This document shows, piece by piece, positions 60,248 to 64,000 of a DNA stretch of 64,000 bases; positions within the stretch are counted from its first letter, which is position 1; each line of letters begins with the position of its first letter. This stretch comes from Verrucomicrobiota bacterium (lineage in GTDB: Bacteria > Verrucomicrobiota > Verrucomicrobiia > Limisphaerales > Palsa-1400). The position numbers and the translations under genes are program-made. The notes beneath the pieces are model-generated. The model was not told the DNA's origin, did no database searches, and was given only the letters and a program-made list of their open reading frames with translations. The DNA lies in NCBI GenBank assembly GCA_049510745.1, contig JBEKYR010000002.1, positions 32,001 to 96,000 on the forward strand, read 5' to 3'.

Positions 60248-62569
60248 GTGAAGGATTCTCCGCTTTTGACTGGCCTCACGAGCGATGAAGCCCGCCGCCG
60301 GCTCGAGAAGTTTGGTCCAAACGCAGTGCCCGACACGGCTCTGCATCCGTTACGCCGGGCCCTGACCAAATTCTGGGCGCCGGTTCCATGGATGCTCGAG
60401 GCTGCGATCGTGCTCGAGGTTGTCCTTGGCAAGTACGTCGAGGCTGCAATCATCGCGGTTCTCCTGGCCTTCAACGCTGCTCTTGGGTTCTTCCAGGAAG
60501 GGCGCGCTCAGGCAACTCTGGCCGCGCTGAAATCTCGGCTCGCGCTGAACGCGTCGGTCCGTCGCGATAATGTTTGGGTGACGGTGCCCGCCGCCGGATT
60601 AGTGCCCGGCGACAGGGTCAAGCTATCGCTCGGCGCCGTGGTTCCGGCGGACGTGCGTCTGACCGAAGGCGAGATTCTGCTTGACCAGTCCATGCTCACC
60701 GGCGAATCCATACCCATCGAAGCTGGCGCCGGCCTGCAAACATACGCGGGGGCGCTGGTACGGCGCGGCGAAGCCGTGGCGGAGGTTACGGCGACCGGAG
60801 CGCGCACAAAGTTTGGACGCACCGCGGAGTTGGTTCGCACCGCGCATGTCGAAAGTTCCCAGCAGAAGGCCGTTCTGCGCGTGGTGCGCAATCTCGCCAT
60901 GTTCAATGGCGCCGTCATTGTGATGCTGGCGGGGTATGCCTCCGCTCTGAAGCTGCCGCTGGGTGAGATCATCCCTCTGGTGCTGACGGCGGTTCTGGCG
61001 TCCATCCCGGTAGCGTTGCCTGCCACCTTTACCCTTGCGGCGGCCCTCGGCGCGCGGGCTTTGGCACATCTGGGCGTCCTTCCAACGCGGCTCTCCGCCG
61101 TGGATGAAGCGGCCAGCATCGGGGTCCTGTGCGTGGATAAAACTGGCACGCTCACGCGCAACGAACTGAAGGTAACCGTCGTCCACCCTATGCCCGGCTT
61201 TGACGAATCCCACGTTCTGGGAATGGCCGCCCTCGCCAGCTCGGATGGCGGGCAGGATCCCGTGGACGCGGCCATTTGCTCCGCCGCGTCGCGGGCGGTC
61301 GCCTCCGATCTGCCGAAACTGAGTAAATTTGTGCCTTTCGATTCCGCCACGAAGATGTCCGAGGCCACGGCTGTGGATTCGAGCGGCGCCACGGTGCGTG
61401 CCGTGAAGGGAGCCTTTGCCGTAGTCATGGGCCTGACGCCACCATCGCCCGATGCGTCCACGACAGCGAACCAACTGGAGGCACAGGGCTTCCGGGTGTT
61501 GGCTGTCGCGGCAGGTCCGCCGGGGGCGGTGAAGCTGGCGGGAATCATCGCTCTGAGCGATCCGCCTCGAACGGATTCGGCAGCGCTTATTACGGAGTTG
61601 CGCACGTTGGGCGTCCGCACCGTCATGGTGACGGGCGACGCCCCTGCGACGGCAGCGATCGTGGCTCGCGCAGTAGGTCTCGACGGACCTGTCTGTCCGC
61701 CCGGACCCATCCCCGACGGAGTGCGCCCGGAGGATTTCGCTGTCTTCGCCGGCATCCTCCCGGAGGGAAAGTACAACCTCGTCAAAGCCTTCCAGAACAG
61801 CGGCCACACGGTTGGTATGTGCGGAGACGGCGCCAACGACGCGCCGGCGCTGCGTCAGGCGCAGATGGGAATCGCGGTCTCAACCGCGACCGATGTTGCC
61901 AAGTCTGCGGCCGGCATTGTGCTAACCACACCAGGACTCGGCGGCATTGTCGCTTCGGTAAAGGAAGGACGCGTGACGTTCCAGCGCATCCTGACTTATG
62001 CGCTAAACTCGGTGACCAAAAAAACTGTGCAGGTGCTCTTCCTGGCGGCGGGTCTGGTCATGACCGGACACGCGATCCTGACTCCCATGTTGATGGTTAT
62101 TGTAATGCTCACCGGCGACCTCCTCGGCATGTCCTTGACGACGGACAACGTGCGACCGTCCCCAATGCCCAATGCCTGGCGAATCGGCGAATTGACGATC
62201 GCGGGTGTCTTCATGGGCGTCTCCGAGCTGGTCTTTTGCATCGCCGTTCTGGCCATCGGCAAATTCTGCCTGGGCTTTGGAATCGAAACGCTAAGAACCC
62301 TGGCCTTCGTGGTCATCGTCTTTGGCAATCAAGCAACGACCTATACGAACCGTGAACGCCAGGGCCTGGGGTCCTCTCGTCCAAGCCCGTGGCTCATCGG
62401 CTCGTCTGTAGTTGATCTGCTGATCGCCTCAACGCTGGCGACTTGCGGGATTGCCATGACTCCCCTGCCTATATTTGTCGTGGGAGGAATACTCGTGGCG
62501 GCAGTGGCCTTTGCGTTCATCGTGGACTTTGTCAAAGTCCCCGTGTTCAATCGCCTCAGAATCGCATAG
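60248..62569 (+). CDS. Plasma-membrane-type H+-exporting P-type ATPase (P3A)
   Basis: KFWAPVPWMLE, TGES, IPVALP, DKTGT, QDPVD, DPPR, GDGANDAP and a TM6 Asp (LTGD). Confidence 0.88.
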   Translation: MKDSPLLTGLTSDEARRRLEKFGPNAVPDTALHPLRRALTKFWAPVPWMLEAAIVLEVVLGKYVEAAIIAVLLAFNAALGFFQEGRAQATLAALKSRLALNASVRRDNVWVTVPAAGLVPGDRVKLSLGAVVPADVRLTEGEILLDQSMLTGESIPIEAGAGLQTYAGALVRRGEAVAEVTATGARTKFGRTAELVRTAHVESSQQKAVLRVVRNLAMFNGAVIVMLAGYASALKLPLGEIIPLVLTAVLASIPVALPATFTLAAALGARALAHLGVLPTRLSAVDEAASIGVLCVDKTGTLTRNELKVTVVHPMPGFDESHVLGMAALASSDGGQDPVDAAICSAASRAVASDLPKLSKFVPFDSATKMSEATAVDSSGATVRAVKGAFAVVMGLTPPSPDASTTANQLEAQGFRVLAVAAGPPGAVKLAGIIALSDPPRTDSAALITELRTLGVRTVMVTGDAPATAAIVARAVGLDGPVCPPGPIPDGVRPEDFAVFAGILPEGKYNLVKAFQNSGHTVGMCGDGANDAPALRQAQMGIAVSTATDVAKSAAGIVLTTPGLGGIVASVKEGRVTFQRILTYALNSVTKKTVQVLFLAAGLVMTGHAILTPMLMVIVMLTGDLLGMSLTTDNVRPSPMPNAWRIGELTIAGVFMGVSELVFCIAVLAIGKFCLGFGIETLRTLAFVVIVFGNQATTYTNRERQGLGSSRPSPWLIGSSVVDLLIASTLATCGIAMTPLPIFVVGGILVAAVAFAFIVDFVKVPVFNRLRIA

Positions 62570-62659
62570 CAAAAGGATGCGCAGTCTGGAAGTTGGCGAC
62601 ACAATCCACCTTCGATCCGAGGAAGGTCTCCTGAGCAAACGGTCCTCCTGAATTTTCTG

Positions 62660-62675
62660 TGGGGTGAACACCCCA
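62660..62675. promoter_or_regulatory. 7-2-7 palindrome, copy 3
   Basis: TGGGGTGAACACCCCA, about 37 nt before ATGAAAGAC. Confidence 0.75.
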
Positions 62676-62711
62676 TAGCGCCGGCAAGGCTTTCCGGCCT
62701 ATTGTTGTGCC

Positions 62712-62860
62712 ATGAAAGACGACCAATTCCGGCCACCTGGAGAGCCAAGCCGGCGCGCCACTACAATGCCAGATGAGTCCGCCCCATCGCATTTTCGTGT
62801 TGGATGATTAGACCGCCATACGTCGGCTGATCACCGCTGCGCTGGTTGGCTCCGGCTATG
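62712..62860 (+). pseudogene. Degenerate 5' copy of the response regulator at 59712
   Basis: Nucleotide alignment to 59712-59860 with an indel and a TAG. Confidence 0.75.
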
Positions 62861-62884
62861 ATGAGGGGTCCGACAGTTACGTCC

Positions 62885-63604
62885 ATGAGCTTCGCTAGTG
62901 TAAAACCAATAGAAAACCAGGCGATCGTCGCGACCGATCTGACAAAATGGTTCGGCGAAGGCGAAACCAAGGTGACGGCCGTGAATCATGTCCGGCTTGT
63001 CGCTCACTTTGGCGAGATGCTCTTCATCGTCGGCCCCTCCGGCAGCGGCAAGACCACGATGCTCAGCATGATCTCCGGCATTCTGCGTCCCAACGCCGGC
63101 AAGGTGACAGTCAAAGGGGCCGACATCTGGACTCTGGACAATGACCAGTTGGCTGACTTCCGCCTGAATACAGTTGGTTTCGTCTTCCAGGACTACCATC
63201 TTTTCCCGCGGCTGACCACGGCCGAAAATGTCGCCATCCCATTGATCCTGAAGCAGCGCGACTGGGACGATTCCATCACCGAGGCAAAGAAAACCCTCGA
63301 GATCGTCGGGCTGAAAGGCCGGGGCGAGATTCTGCCAGTGAAGCTCTCGGGCGGAGAGCAACAGCGCGTGGCCATCGCGCGCGCGATCATCAGCAGTCCG
63401 GAGATCCTGATTCTCGACGAACCGACCGCCTCCCTGGACGGTGACACCGGGAGGATGATCATCGCCTTCGTCAAAGAGAAAATACTTAATGAAAAGCGCT
63501 GCATCCTGATTGTCACCCATGATGCGCGCATCAACGAATATGCAGACCGGATCATGCATATGGAAGATGGACGTCTCACCGCGTTCGACAAGGGTACCGA
63601 ATGA
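62885..63604 (+). CDS. ABC transporter ATP-binding protein (LolD/MacB-like)
   Basis: GPSGSGKTT, LSGGEQQR, DEPT and VTHD motifs. Confidence 0.93.
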   Translation: MSFASVKPIENQAIVATDLTKWFGEGETKVTAVNHVRLVAHFGEMLFIVGPSGSGKTTMLSMISGILRPNAGKVTVKGADIWTLDNDQLADFRLNTVGFVFQDYHLFPRLTTAENVAIPLILKQRDWDDSITEAKKTLEIVGLKGRGEILPVKLSGGEQQRVAIARAIISSPEILILDEPTASLDGDTGRMIIAFVKEKILNEKRCILIVTHDARINEYADRIMHMEDGRLTAFDKGTE

Positions 63605-64000
63605 AAGAAGCCGAACCTAATCCCGAAGCCAAAGCAGCCGAGCCCAAACCTGAAGGCACGCCAGCCGGGCCTACACCTGAAGGCAAGACACCGTCTGATT
63701 TGACGCCGCAACTCATCAAGCGAGTCCATGAACTCTACAAGGAGCTAGGGCGCGACGAAGTCCGAGCAGTTCTGGCCTGGGAGAAGGCGGAGGAGATTCG
63801 GAAAGATGAAACCAAGGCCGAACCCAAGCCCGAAGCCAAAGCAGTCGAACCCAAGCCTGAAGTCACAGCAACCGAACCTAAGCCTGACGCCAAAGCAGTC
63901 GAACCCAAGCCTGAAGTCACAGCGACCGAACCTAAGCCTGACGCTAAAGCAGTCGAACCCAAGCCTGACGCTAAAGCGGTCGAACCTAAGCCTGACGCCA
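63601..64000 (+). CDS. Partial protein with a DUF2934-like helix pair and 9-aa EPKP(E/D)AKAV tandem repeats
   Basis: ATGA overlap with the ABC gene; LIKRVHELYKELGR..AVLAWEKAE followed by 27-bp repeats to the window edge. Confidence 0.7.
   Translation, partial: MKEAEPNPEAKAAEPKPEGTPAGPTPEGKTPSDLTPQLIKRVHELYKELGRDEVRAVLAWEKAEEIRKDETKAEPKPEAKAVEPKPEVTATEPKPDAKAVEPKPEVTATEPKPDAKAVEPKPDAKAVEPKPDA

Noticed and set aside
57908..62675. Palindromic repeats as a CRISPR array
   Set aside because: Copies are 1.7-3 kb apart with genes between them; no spacers or cas genes.

Overview
A high-GC bacterial chromosomal window, inferred to be Verrucomicrobiota subdivision 3 (Pedosphaera-like) from the dnaK-groES-groEL order, a GloVer-type repeat protein and the cassette/RAYT repeat styles. 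It is probably origin-proximal, because a perfect parS palindrome lies inside mnmG. The housekeeping backbone includes a HisJ-type PHP phosphatase, mgtA, rpsA, lptF, polyprenyl synthase, an ECF sigma/anti-sigma pair, mnmG, dnaK-groES-groEL (sigma54-type promoter), nth, cyclophilins, pfk and pit. Accessory material is interspersed: (i) a lower-GC three-gene operon (unknown protein, HEXXH zincin-like protein, trimeric dCTP deaminase), the best candidate for an undescribed, possibly antiphage, system; (ii) integron-integrase, attC-like, RAYT, IS21 and RhuM remnants; (iii) several toxin-antitoxin pairs; (iv) an ssnA-ygeY-xdh-ygeW anaerobic purine-catabolism-type cluster headed by a fused PreT-PreA-like flavoenzyme; (v) a terminal region with three copies of a 7-2-7 palindromic promoter element, a P3A H+-ATPase and a repeat protein. 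All calls come from motif recognition by eye; no database searches were run.
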